Positions 1 to 11,171 of a stretch of DNA of 32,200 nucleotides are shown here, piece after piece. The position numbers and the translations under genes are program-made. This DNA is from Circinaria calcarea (taxonomy: Eukaryota). The notes beneath the pieces are model-generated. The model saw only the letters and a program-made list of their open reading frames with translations. It ran no database searches and was not told the origin of the DNA. Within the stretch, counting starts at the first letter, position 1. Each line of letters starts with the position of its first letter. The stretch is from NCBI GenBank assembly GCA_051942165.1, contig JAVECS010000039.1, positions 1 to 32,200 of the forward strand, read 5' to 3'.

Positions 1-772
1 GGGTAGTCTAGAAATCTGCCGATGGAGTTTTTTTTTTATGCTCGGAGGTTGTTAGGTAGACCCGGAATAACAGTGCTCCCAGCCAATCAATACCTCGTCT
101 GCAAGGCCCTCCCTTGGCCTGGTTTACATAGCTCCATTGTACATCCACGGAGCTATGTTATACTAGTAGACCTAGTGTGGCCAATACGAGAACACAGTTT
201 CTACCCACCGTGCTTTACAGTATCAGGCTTAGCTTATCGGCGCCGTGCTCCCGAGCATACTGGTCTACAAGCATATTAGTCGTTAGTGAGCTTGATAAAA
301 CAGGGTATATTTTGAGTACAGCGACCAATTAAATCCCCGTATTGGCAGATCGCACTAACGACTAATATGCTTGTAGACCAGTAACAGATTTCTAACAAAA
401 AAAAACAAAACCACTCAATTTAGTAAAATCTTGTAAGAGGTTTGTTATGCACGGGAGCCCGGCACCGATACCCTAAACTTAATATCGTAGAGTCTAAGTG
501 GCAGGGAAGCGTTGCTAGCTTAGAAATATACCCTCGTATTGGTCAGAAAAAGCCAGCTAGTGCAGCATAGCTCCGTTGTAGAATAGTGATGGAGCTACGT
601 AAAGCTAGGCCGGGGGCTCTTTCCACGCAGGGTATGTATTGGCTGGGACCACAGTTATTCCGCGCCTAGTTTTACATTACACTAACATAACAGAGTTTGC
701 TAAATGCCCTAATTCTTATTCCTTTCTTCTCTCATCTCTTCGCCTCTATCTATCTTTAGTTGCGGCGAAATC

Positions 773-3449
773 ATGGTGCAATCCGAAGCCAACATGCCCG
801 AGGATGGCCCATCGATTATTGCGACCTGCCAGCAGACCCGCTTCCATATCTCGGATGATTCGCGCACGTCCGAGGCAAGCCCCAAAGTTCACTTCACAGC
901 CGCAATCCGTAACGTCGTGTCCAGATTTCTGTGCAGCAGCTCACTGTCTCCGTACTCCCCATCAACAGCAGCACTGCCTCTGTTAAAACCAAGGCTAAAG
1001 CTGCTGCCAAGACTCTAGACATTGTCACCGATGCCGATCTGAAGCTCAAGCCGGGCGTTCACTACGGCCTACTGGGCCGCAACGGCTCTGGTAAATCGAG
1101 TATGTTTAATGCTTTCTACCCTTATGCGCCTCGACTTACCTTGCACGAGCTCTCCTTCGGGCACTTGCGACCAAGATCATTCCCGGCATTCCATACTCCA
1201 CTCGGATATCTCTTCTCCAGCAGACGGCCGCTGATGGCGAAGCCGCAAGCGTACCGTCTGCCGACAACAAAGTCTTAAACAAATCCGCCTTACAGTTCAT
1301 TCGTGAGGGTGATGCAGATAGAAACGAGCTGCAGGCAGAATTGAATGGTAAGCAACAGCCTATCAAAGCTCTTCTTTACATCTAGCACATGCTTCGCTCC
1401 CACCTGGGGCCTTACCGTCCTAGCCTAGGCAGCATTCTCTAGTCTACGCCAGCGCCTCGCTGATGGTAGAAGAACTATCTCGTGGCGAAAATGATGTTGA
1501 TGGCGAAGGATGGGCCCTGCTACGAGCCTACCGGCAACTCGAGTATAATCGCATGCGCCGACGACTCGCCGAGCTCCAGAGGAACTCCGCGTTGCGGAGT
1601 GGAGCTAGGGGCTTGCAAGCGCGTAGGGAGCTGCTAGCCTTTGAGAAGCAGGTTGAAGTGGCCAAAGAGAGGTATGGAAGAGAGAAGCGTGTCGATAATA
1701 AATGCGGTCAAAGGGCTGATATAAGAAACAGAATAGGCAGCGTGGAGCCTCCGCTAGACTCAGCAGAATGCCAAAAGGAACTACTTCGAGCTTCACAACT
1801 GATGGTCGATATTCAAGCCGAGCTGGATGAGGTGAGATCTACTTCAAGATCACATGATCTACGCAATACTACTGGCAAAGATTGACGGTCCCAGCGGCGA
1901 TTGGTCGACTTGGAGGCCCGAGCATTGGATGTGCTCCGCTGTTTAGGGTTCAGCGAATCGAGAATGCAAACGTCGCTTGGCCAGCTTTCCGGAGGTTGGC
2001 AGATGCGCTGCATCCTTGCCAACGCCCTTCTCCAGGATGCAGATATTATGATCTTGGACGAGCCAACCAACTTCCTTGATCTTCTCGGCATCATCTGGCT
2101 TCAGAAGTACCTCGTTAGCCTTCGCTCGAACTCCCCAAAGACCGTGGTCGTTGTCTCCCACGATCGTGACTTTATTGACCATGTCTGCGAGGAGATTATC
2201 ATACTCAAAGATAAGGCACTCACCTATTTTGACGGAAATCTCACGGCCTATGAGGAGGACATGAATTCGCGCCGGCTAAACCTCACGCGGGTCAAAGAAG
2301 CGCAAGATAAACAGATTGCACATATGGAAAAGACTATTGCTATGAACATCAAGGCCGGAAAGAAGAGTGGTGATGAGAACAAGATGCGCCAGGCCGCGTC
2401 TCGAAAGAAAAGGATTGAAGATCGCTCTGGCATGCAGGTTAATGCCAAAGGTGGCAGATTCAAGTTGTCAAGAGACCATGCGGGTATGTTTCCTAAAAAT
2501 CATCCAACAGCCATGCTTACGCAAGCTAGGCTACCATGACTCGAAGCGCGAAGCGATTGAGATTCCTCCTGAGGAGAGGATGGTTAGTCTGATCCTCCCG
2601 CTCGCACCCGACCTACGATTTCCAGGACCTCTGGTATCGTTCGAGAAGGTCAGCTTCGCATATGGGCCCAAACAGGAACGTGTTCTACACGACATTGACT
2701 TGTCTATTCATATGGGTTCTCGCGTGGGTATAGTAGGTCTCAACGGTTGCGGGAAGTCGACTCTAATCAAGCTTCTCGTCGGAGATTTGCAACCCACTAA
2801 GGGATCCGTGACTCGTCATCCTCGCCTCAAATTCGGGTACTACTCTCAGCTTGCGGTGGAATGGTTACGAGCTGCTGGTATCGCGGAGCCTTCCAGAACT
2901 GCGCTGGGTGCCTTGACAGCTGATGCGGGCGACGACATGAATGAGGGCGACGTGCGTGCTCTGCTCGGTTCATTTGGCTTGACTGGCCGCGTTGCTTCCG
3001 ACGTCCCCATCGCAAAACTATCCGGTGGACAATTGGTGAGCATTATTCCGTCCAGCTTAGCATGACCTCCTCTGCTGACGCCTAGATTAACGGTTCGGCT
3101 TGCCCTTGCTCGCATTGTATGGAGTCATCCTCATCTACTCGTATTAGACGAAATCACCACACATCTTGATTTTTATTCTGTCATTGCACTCGCCAAAGCC
3201 CTCAAAGCATTCAATGGTGCTCTTTTACTAGTGTCGCACGATCGGTTTCTGATCAAGTCCGTAATCGAAGGAAACACGGAGTTACTGGACTTGGACGAAG
3301 AAGACGAGGCTGACGGTAACACGGAAGAAGATGCTGAATTGCACAGGACATTATATTTACTGAAAAAGGGCACTCTGGCTCGCTTGGAGCATGGCGTTCA
3401 GGACTTTGAAGATAGTTTGGAGAAACGGGTTGCGAAATTGAGTTTATAG
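773..3449 (+). CDS. ABC-F family soluble ATPase with two NBDs and no TMD (GCN20/ARB1-related); about 8 exons, possibly splice-defective
   Basis: NBD1: Walker A GRNGSGKS(T), signature LSGGW, Walker B ILDEPTNFLD, H-loop VSHDR. NBD2: GLNGCGKST, LSGGQ, VLDEITTHLD, VSHDR. The ORF pieces (773, 931, 1463, 1901, 2367, 3231) join through short introns with GTATGT/GTAAGC/GTGAGA/GTGAGC donors. Intron 1 appears to be GC-AG (875-924). The last intron (3036-3092) lacks an in-phase AG. Confidence 0.88.
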
Positions 3450-3801
3450 CCTCAACTAAATAAAGAAGGTCCATATATAAAAAAGTATTATAATAAATTA
3501 AGGCTATAATAAAATAATTAAAGAACCGAGCTTAAAATCACGGTCCATTGTAAGGATCCTTTACGAATAGTATAGTGATCTTACGAATAAGGGTCGGTAA
3601 ACTGTGTGATAATGTGCTCAATTGGTTCGCATAGCGTATGAATTATTGCTAAAGAATTCTGGTGTAACGCTTCGCGAGGAAAACCTTTCTCGCTAAGCCA
3701 ACAGCTCGTGACCTCGGTGTATAGTTCACCCGTAGGGTTCGTAGGGGTCCTCTACCAGAGGTCCTTACACTCACACCCATCAAATTTTAACTCCAAGCGT
3801 C

Positions 3802-4660
3802 ATACCAAACTTTCAAGCAATTCTAATAGAGCGAGGAACGACTAGTACAATCTATCAATTGAGCATATCTATCGTCCTGAAAATTGCTCGTCGAGGAGTC
3901 GATGGAGAAGACGACCATGCCAATAAGCAAAAGACATTCGAATTCCTCGAAAAGCACCCACCGATTCCTCATTGAATCCGATGGTTTTATCAGGAGAAGC
4001 ACTTGACATTCCTTAACTTGGCCTCTAACGGGAGTCTTGTAATGTTGCTTAATGAGCACCAGTTGCTGGACAACACAAAACGTCCATCGTTGGATGCGAT
4101 AACTTTTTCAGGCTTTTGTTGGATTAGAACGGCTCGGATTGGTACACGGCGACATTCGGCCTGGCAACATACTCTTCGATGACCAGTGGAATTTGGTACT
4201 TAGTGACCTCAATAGGTCCAATCGAATTGGCCAAATACTAATAGCTGTATCGGAACCGTTTGGACGGCTGCTGGGCAAGAAAGATGGTGATGACGCTGGA
4301 ACATACGGTAAAGCTGGATCTCGCACCGAGACATTCGCTATTGGATCCATATACTACACTGTCCTACGTGGGTACGAACCTTATCAATTAGAGCACTCAG
4401 ATAGGGATCGTTATCTCATTATAGGCGAGAAGCTCCAAAATAAAGAGATTCCTTCTCTCGGGGACTTTACGAAAGACGGCATCATTCTCAAGTGTTGGCA
4501 TGGGCAATACGAATCGGCAAAAGCACTCTGGGCAGAATTCAAGGATGGTAGTGGACTGAATACTCCTTAAATGAATAAGGAGCAGTGGCTGGCTACACGT
4601 CGATCAGAGTGTGCAGAACTTGCTCAAAGTAGTGACATAGAAAGATTAGATAGGTACTAG
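3802..4660 (+). pseudogene. Degenerate Ser/Thr protein kinase-like gene
   Basis: Manual translation from ATA at 3802 gives a Gly-loop-like IERGTTSTIY and a VLK lysine. It is then broken by an in-frame TGA, a frameshift near 4070 and a TAA. The catalytic loop HGDIRPGN, a DFG-position SDLN and ETFAIGS lie in ORF 4139-4570, and a short tail runs past the TAA at 4568-4570. Confidence 0.8.
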
Positions 4661-5206
4661 TTACCATTAGTATGATCCTTGTGGCGTTGCTCTATGAAAT
4701 AATTATCACGTCTGCGCTTAAAGTCGAGTTCTCAAAAATACCGACTTCGTACGACTTGCTATTAATGCACGTCATCCGTACTGATGATGAAAAATTTACT
4801 GTTTCTTAAGCGTAAAACAGTAAATTACATGTCTTGCTAATATTAAATGGATTGATACAATTCATTCTAGCTTTTTAAAAGCTTTCAAATGATCCCTTAA
4901 AGGTTCCAGCAAACACTATGAGGATAAAAGCTATCGTCTGCCCAGTCATCTTTGCGCTAGTATAAATTCGGTTAAAGGGCTTCGCTTGGAGCTGTCGAAA
5001 CGCAAAGCACTGGTTCCGAGAGTGCCAGGGGCGATATTTTCGGTTAAACTTTTATCCTCGTCGCTTTCTGGTTGACCTGTGCGTGCTGTGTTTACATCAC
5101 AAGTTCCCCGCTAATAATTCTTTCTGCATCCCCAATACCACCGTTGACTGTCAGTATTAGTATTGAAGCTGGTGTACGTTATGCTTATTTGACTGTACCA
5201 ACCAGC

Positions 5207-7426
5207 ATGTCCGATGAACAAGCTTCAGAGCTAGCAATCCTTAGGGAGTGTCTGAGGCAAGCTGAACGGAAAGCAGAGGCAGAACGACAACGAGCAGAGG
5301 AAGCAGACCGGCGCACGGAGGTGGAACGACAACGAGCAGATGAAACGAACAAGCGCATTCAGGCAACAACTTTGGAGGAATGTCTACATGCCTGCCACCG
5401 ATACCTCCACAACGCGCTTTCCGTTGAGACGGACAAACTCCTGACGACCAAAGGCTTCACAAACCCTAAGAACAAATTTTATCCAACTCTTTTACGTCCT
5501 TGGGAGGATTTTCCTGAACTCCAATCCTCGGTTTTTTACGAAGCGTACAAATTTTTCCATCCACCTGAACAGCCACCGGTACGGTGTCTTAACTCGGTTC
5601 ATTATCTTGAAGAACTCGGCCAGAATCTCAGCCAGCGCAAGCTTGCCAGTGAAGCCGACCTGGAATCATTTGAACGAACAACGGTGGAAGGTATGGTGAC
5701 TCGCATCATCGGTCAGCTGTGTGCGATGGACCCTGCCCGCACGCAGTTTCAGCTTGGACAAGGAGTTACATTTGATAATCATACCAATTCTCTCAGCGAT
5801 GCAGCAGAAGAAGTCCAACAGTACCTTCATATTCGAACTCCTCGAGCAAGTCCACAGCCATCGAGCTCATCCTCATCCGGTTCTGATTCAAAGCCAACAA
5901 GGACTCGAGCTGATCAGTTCTGTGTTTTCAGAAACTCGGACGGGATTCGCAAACTACTCCTCGTCGTTGAGTACAAACCACCACACAAACTCTCCGTCGG
6001 TAACCTTCAAGCAGGGTTTCGACCGATGAACATCGAGGATATACTTATGGCAGCAACCATACCAAATGAGTTAGAGGCCAGACTACAATACAATGCTGAT
6101 AAGCTAGCTGCTGCAGTGGTCACGCAGACATTTCACTACATGGTTGAAAATGGGTTAGAGTTCAGCTACATCACAACTGGAGAGGCGTTTGTTTTCCTTC
6201 ACGTCCAAAAGGAAGATCCAACCACATTATACTATCATCTAGCCGTGCCTGGTGACGAGGTCAGCAATGAAGAGCCTGAGTTTTCGATTCCGCAGATAGC
6301 CATCAGCCAGGTCATGAGCCTTTGCCTGATAGCTTTTCAGTCAGAGCAGAGAAATCATCGCTGGCGACGCGACGCCAAAAAGAAGTTAAAGAAGTATATA
6401 GTTGACTATGAGGCGATCCTTCGGCAGATTCCCGAGACGGAACGAAAACTTTCGCCAGCCTCTACTTATAAAGGACGGAAAAATGCGAACCCCAGGGAAT
6501 CACCGTATCCCACAAGGCGGAAGGCACAAGAGGAAAAGGCAAGAGCGAGAACAAGAACAAGCTGTGATTTGGATGAGCTGAGACTTGGCGACGATGGACA
6601 ATCGGATCCAGACACACCTAGTAAACAACGAAAGGGCAGGCTACAACTTGTCAGTCAGACAAAAAGCAACGAAGACACGGCGGATAAGCGCAGCAACACC
6701 GACAACCACCCAGGGAGCAAGGGCAGACAACGTCAGTACTGCACACAAGAATGTTTATTAGGCCTTGTGCGGGGAATGGTGCTTGACAAACGATGTCCAA
6801 ACGTGATGTTACACTCTGGACATACCAACTGGCACGCGATCGATGGACAGGAGTTTATGAGACTAGTTCGAAGCCAGCTCAAGGATGATCTCGATAACAA
6901 CTGCGAGCCTCTGGGATTGCAGGGGGCACGAGGGGCCTTATTTAAGCTCACTTTGGCATCGCACGGCTATGTCTTTGTTGGTAAAGGAACGGTACGGGCC
7001 TTTGTGCCTGCCTTGTCGTGGGAAGGTTCGATGTATCAGAAGCTAAGGAGGCTTCAAGGAACAGCAGTGCCGGTATATCTTGGGAACATTCAACTGGCTC
7101 ACCGGTACTACCTTGACGTTGATGTTAGAATATCGCATATGCTTTTGATGTCGTGGGCAGGAGCTATAGTGGAGGAGACGATCGACGGTCAAGAGATTCG
7201 GCGCACAGTAGAAGAAGTACAGGCTGAAGGAGTTGATCAGGGAGATGTTCGGATGGCGAACCTTTTATGGAATCCAGAAAGGAAACGAGTAATGCTTATT
7301 GACTTTGAGCGGGCGAAGTATATCAGTTACGACAAGCCAAGTCTAGCCAAGGATGAAAGAGTCCTACAAGAGATGTCACCGAATAAGAAACGAAAACGAG
7401 TTGAGTTCATGAAGGAAAGATATTAA
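5207..7426 (+). CDS. Spok: Spok (spore killer) family protein, 739 aa: coiled coil, PD-(D/E)XK-like nuclease, Cys cluster, kinase
   Basis: Intronless ORF from ATG 5207. It has an N-terminal heptad repeat (AERKAEAERQRAEEADRRTEVERQRADE) followed by TTLEECLHACH...LRPWEDF. The nuclease core is RADQFCVFR...VVEYKPPHKL (D 5912, E-Y-K 5969-5977). The cluster CTQEC-x13-C-x5-H-x6-H spans 6740-6835. Kinase motifs are GARGALFK, GYVFVGKG, VPVYLG, QGDVRMANLL and IDFERA (D 7301). Domain order and size match what is described for Podospora SPOK proteins. Confidence 0.85.
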   Translation: MSDEQASELAILRECLRQAERKAEAERQRAEEADRRTEVERQRADETNKRIQATTLEECLHACHRYLHNALSVETDKLLTTKGFTNPKNKFYPTLLRPWEDFPELQSSVFYEAYKFFHPPEQPPVRCLNSVHYLEELGQNLSQRKLASEADLESFERTTVEGMVTRIIGQLCAMDPARTQFQLGQGVTFDNHTNSLSDAAEEVQQYLHIRTPRASPQPSSSSSSGSDSKPTRTRADQFCVFRNSDGIRKLLLVVEYKPPHKLSVGNLQAGFRPMNIEDILMAATIPNELEARLQYNADKLAAAVVTQTFHYMVENGLEFSYITTGEAFVFLHVQKEDPTTLYYHLAVPGDEVSNEEPEFSIPQIAISQVMSLCLIAFQSEQRNHRWRRDAKKKLKKYIVDYEAILRQIPETERKLSPASTYKGRKNANPRESPYPTRRKAQEEKARARTRTSCDLDELRLGDDGQSDPDTPSKQRKGRLQLVSQTKSNEDTADKRSNTDNHPGSKGRQRQYCTQECLLGLVRGMVLDKRCPNVMLHSGHTNWHAIDGQEFMRLVRSQLKDDLDNNCEPLGLQGARGALFKLTLASHGYVFVGKGTVRAFVPALSWEGSMYQKLRRLQGTAVPVYLGNIQLAHRYYLDVDVRISHMLLMSWAGAIVEETIDGQEIRRTVEEVQAEGVDQGDVRMANLLWNPERKRVMLIDFERAKYISYDKPSLAKDERVLQEMSPNKKRKRVEFMKERY

Positions 7427-8294
7427 CTTCGGTTCAATGAGCAGTAGGTAGCTGAATCACGTGAAAACATTCTCTTTAATCTCGGTTCATCTGCTAAGTT
7501 GACGGCCTCATAACAAGGAACAGCCTCTTCACAAGGCGCGGCATTATAGCTTATTTCATGCGAAAGCTCGTTGGAGAATGAGGGCCAGAAGTGTTGGGTA
7601 TGTAAAGAGCTCCGCTGGAGGGTGTTCTGCACGATATTGGCAATGCCTGCAATCATCTCAGTGTATATCTCCGTAACAATATTCGTGAGAATCCTATTAA
7701 TGTTTTAAGTTCTTATGCATGAGGAGCTTAGAGTGCACATAATTAAGGGGCGGATCACCTATAAATACCGGCACATACCCACGTGACACCTTCTACAGGG
7801 CAGGCAAATGCCAAAGCCAGATGGGAACGGATGAGAAGAAGCGATGGCGGTACTGCAACCGAGAACGTTTGGTATGCCGCTAAGGCGCACCGGCTCCACG
7901 GCGGCGTCTTGGTAGCTACCGAAAGACAACGCCTATTTGCTCTACCTTTAGGCTGCTTTCCATGCTCGCTGGCCCGCCCCGGTCATCCATCATAAACGTG
8001 TTCCAATGGGGTGAAGTATAAGGCTTTGTGTCAAAGGAGAGGTACGAGTGCTATCGCTGCTGAAAGCAGATCCAGTCCTTCGGGCTCCTACACGTGTTCG
8101 TTATATTACGAAGCGTTGAGCATGCTTGTAAGAGAACCTATTATACTTATATTAGCAGTGAAGCCTTGGCCATTACCATAGCTGTTTGAGTACTGTTATA
8201 GTAGAGCAAGGCACAACAAACTTGATGAGGTACAGGACGGTATTATGGTAGAATCAATTAGTTTATCCCAGATGTGCTATGCGAACCGAGACCT

Positions 8295-9269
8295 TTAGAA
8301 TTCCTTTATAGCATTGGTTTGCACCCGAGCCTCACGTTCCTGCTGTATAAGGTCCGTTATCGCCTTGTCTAACCCTTCCATCACTTCTTGAAGCTCCTTA
8401 TTTTGATCTTGTACTTCTTTAACGGCTGTGACCACCTTCTTAAGCGTAACTCCAAGGTCTTTCACCTGCTTCCTAACTATTGCCCCTGTGCGTCTCACCC
8501 GTTGCTGTATAATCTGGCATTCGTTGCTCGCGTCTTTAACTTCCGTCAATAGCTCCCTTGCCTTTTTAGCTCGAGCATGATCATCATTCTTCATTAGTCG
8601 TCTCACTAATTGAAGATCTGGACTCTCTTCATTGGCTTCAGACCGTTTGCGTTTACGTTTGCTCTGGCGCCGCCCGCCCTCTGGCCTCGAACTGTCGTTT
8701 TGTCGGCGTCGTTTAACCGGTTGCTTGGATGGGTTGCTGTGTGCAGCTATCGGTGAAGAAGTACATCCCTCGTGCAGAGACATCTTCGTGGGCGATGTAG
8801 CTGTTGCGTTAGTAGGTTCTTGACCACTTGCCGTACGAACATCGTCGTCGGTCCCCTCTCTTTCACTAAACGGGGAGTCTCTTCCGAGCTGGTATTGTGA
8901 GATTCATCGATTACAATTGGATTATCTGGGCTCCAGTCAGTAGGGCTACGGTTGTAAGGCTTGTAACATACTCGCACCGCCGTGGCTTTGAGTTCTCTCC
9001 TGCGTATAAATGGCCGCAACGTGTTCTGATTCCTTTGCAGGCTCAGAAGTCGTTCTGGAAGACGGCGGCACAGAAGGATGCTTTAGATCAGTTGACTGTA
9101 ATGCAGGGCTGACAATCTTCGGCTCCTGAGATAAGTCGATTACCGGAAGCTTTCCTGCATCGGCTTCTGAAACCTCTGAGTTTTCCCCGCGGGATTGACT
9201 TATACCAAGTGTGGAGAGGACCTCCGAGCCAAGCGTTTGCTCGGGAATTTGATTCTGTGGCCCGTCCAT
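8295..9269 (-). CDS. Hypothetical protein with a disordered N-terminus, basic NLS-like patches and a C-terminal coiled coil; may be frameshifted
   Basis: ORF 8946-9269 splices through a GTATGT...CTGAC...CAG intron into NPIVIDESH. It then needs a frame change near 8870 (or a second intron; a CTAAC...CAG acceptor is present near 8805) to reach ORF 8295-8783, which has KRRRQ/KRKRKR and the heptad-rich VKEVQDQNKELQEVMEGLDKAITDL. Confidence 0.5.
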
Positions 9270-11171
9270 GGTTGCTCTGACAAAGCCAATGGAAAGGTGG
9301 TAAGAAAGAAGTTATCGGGAGACGTCCAGGCTCTTAAAGTATGAGCCCGTTGCGAATCTGTGGCGGCGATCTCATGATACCTTAGCGCTGCTAATAGCAA
9401 GGCTCCTCATCGCTTGGGTGGAATGAGACATTGTTGTAGTTGTCCCGAAATCCCTTCTGCTTCACTCTTGTAGGCTGCTCGCCTGCGTTTACCTTAGAGC
9501 TGTAGATGGCCACTGGCAATGCTCAAATGTTCGAAGGTTCCAATGCAAGCATACAGTCTTGCTACTTGGCCTATGTTGGAGAGAGGCACATTATTCGAAT
9601 CAAGAAATGTACGGCTACCCAGATCGTGTATGACTTGATGGATCGTGAAAACATTTTAGTGGATAACGCAAGAGGAGAAGAAAGACAAGAGGCCGGAAAG
9701 AATGAAGGGCTCCCGAGAAACCTGGAAAGTCGAGGCCAACGGAGGTGTAAGGATGCTCTGCTGTCTTCTTGTAAGCCACCCAACTCTGTAGCTGCAATCC
9801 TTACACTCTATGGATCGCGATCGACAAATCAAACCCTATTTCCTCGGCTCCTACTGGTCTAGGCTAAGCCAACTCCGAACGACTTTGCCACAAGGCGTAA
9901 ACTGGTGTTTCCAAGAACCTAAATGTGGCCATCTTTCTGCCTCATTAAAGAGGCTATTCCGCTAAGATACTATGACGCTGTAGAGACGTGACTGTAGATA
10001 GGCACTTGTGGACGCTGAAGTCCATCGCTCTGTTCAAGATGGACGTGGAACATCGCTAGCCAGGTTCTAGCTCGAAGCTTCCAATGTTTGGAACCATTCA
10101 GCAACCGCGGGGAACGTCTTTGTCAAGCATGCGGTCTTGCTGCCTTGGAACCTTGAGTAGAGCGGTGCATAACTTGAAAACCTCCAGCAGAGCAAGGTCA
10201 GGAAAAACGCAAGGGGTGGAGAACAGAGGGATAGAGGCTAGAGAAAGGGAGAGGAATCGCAGAGACCCCGAAAATCGAGAAGCCAAGGGGGGACGTAAGG
10301 ACCTTTGCTCGCCTACATCGTAAGGCATTTTCTATGATAGTTGCATATGCCTTGGGTGTAGTATGTCTAGGAGCAATGACCACAGGGGAAATGCCTTGCG
10401 ATGGCAGGCTCTCCACAAAACAGGTAAGAAAGACACCGCCAAACTTTAGCGCTATCTTACTGTGCACGAATGGCCACACACGGTAGCCGATTCGGTCTCC
10501 AAGCCTCTTTATCCTTGTTATGTCCACCCCTTTTCCGGAGAAGGATTGTCAGTTGAAGAGCGAGCATCGGACTAAGCCGGACAGCAGGCCTTGATGAGCG
10601 GTTTCGAAGTGAACTGTAAGGCTTCCCTCTTCGCTAAGGATGGAAAAGGCAAAAGCACCGCTACAGTTGAGCGTAGGATCGAACGCGAAGGCAGCCTGGG
10701 CTGCGAGGAACGGATGACGCAGTGCTAGCTGAACCTGGATCAACACAAGAGCCAGAAATAGAGGAGAGGAGCGAAGACAAAGGAAGGAAATGACGGGGGA
10801 GTGGACGTGACTCTGAAAGCGCGGACACCAGAGCGGCCAACACAAAATGAAAATATCAAGCGGAAAATGAAGCCAGGAGGCCGAGGGAGTAAGCCAGTTC
10901 TTATGTTTTGCGGGAAAAGCAGCACGACGTACCAAAAGCTCGTAGGTAAAGGAAATTATCGAGAAGTGAGATGCCTTGTAGTCAAGGTCAACCTTCTAGT
11001 ATCGCCGCTTTAGCTGTAGATATGAGCTTGAGGCCATTTCTGGATGCTTTGCAGCTTGATTAGGCCTCAATCGTCGATAAGCCACAAAAGGAGAAACGTA
11101 ATAGTTACTCCAGAGCGAGGCTCGGGCAGCTGCTCACCCATTTCACCCTTTTCAGACGACAGCCAAATACT

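Noticed and set aside
3455..3604. AT-rich tract with duplicated TTACGAATA ending in ACTG, like one end of a pogo/Tc1 element
   Set aside because: No partner TIR or TA duplication was found.
5072..5206. TTG-initiated N-terminal extension of the Spok ORF in the ORF track
   Set aside because: In a eukaryotic gene the first in-frame ATG (5207), directly before the coiled coil, is the plausible start.
9400..11100. Cluster of short ORFs examined as a possible Starship captain (DUF3435) or DUF3723 relic
   Set aside because: No tyrosine-recombinase or other family motifs were recognisable, and the ORFs are short and inconsistent in strand.
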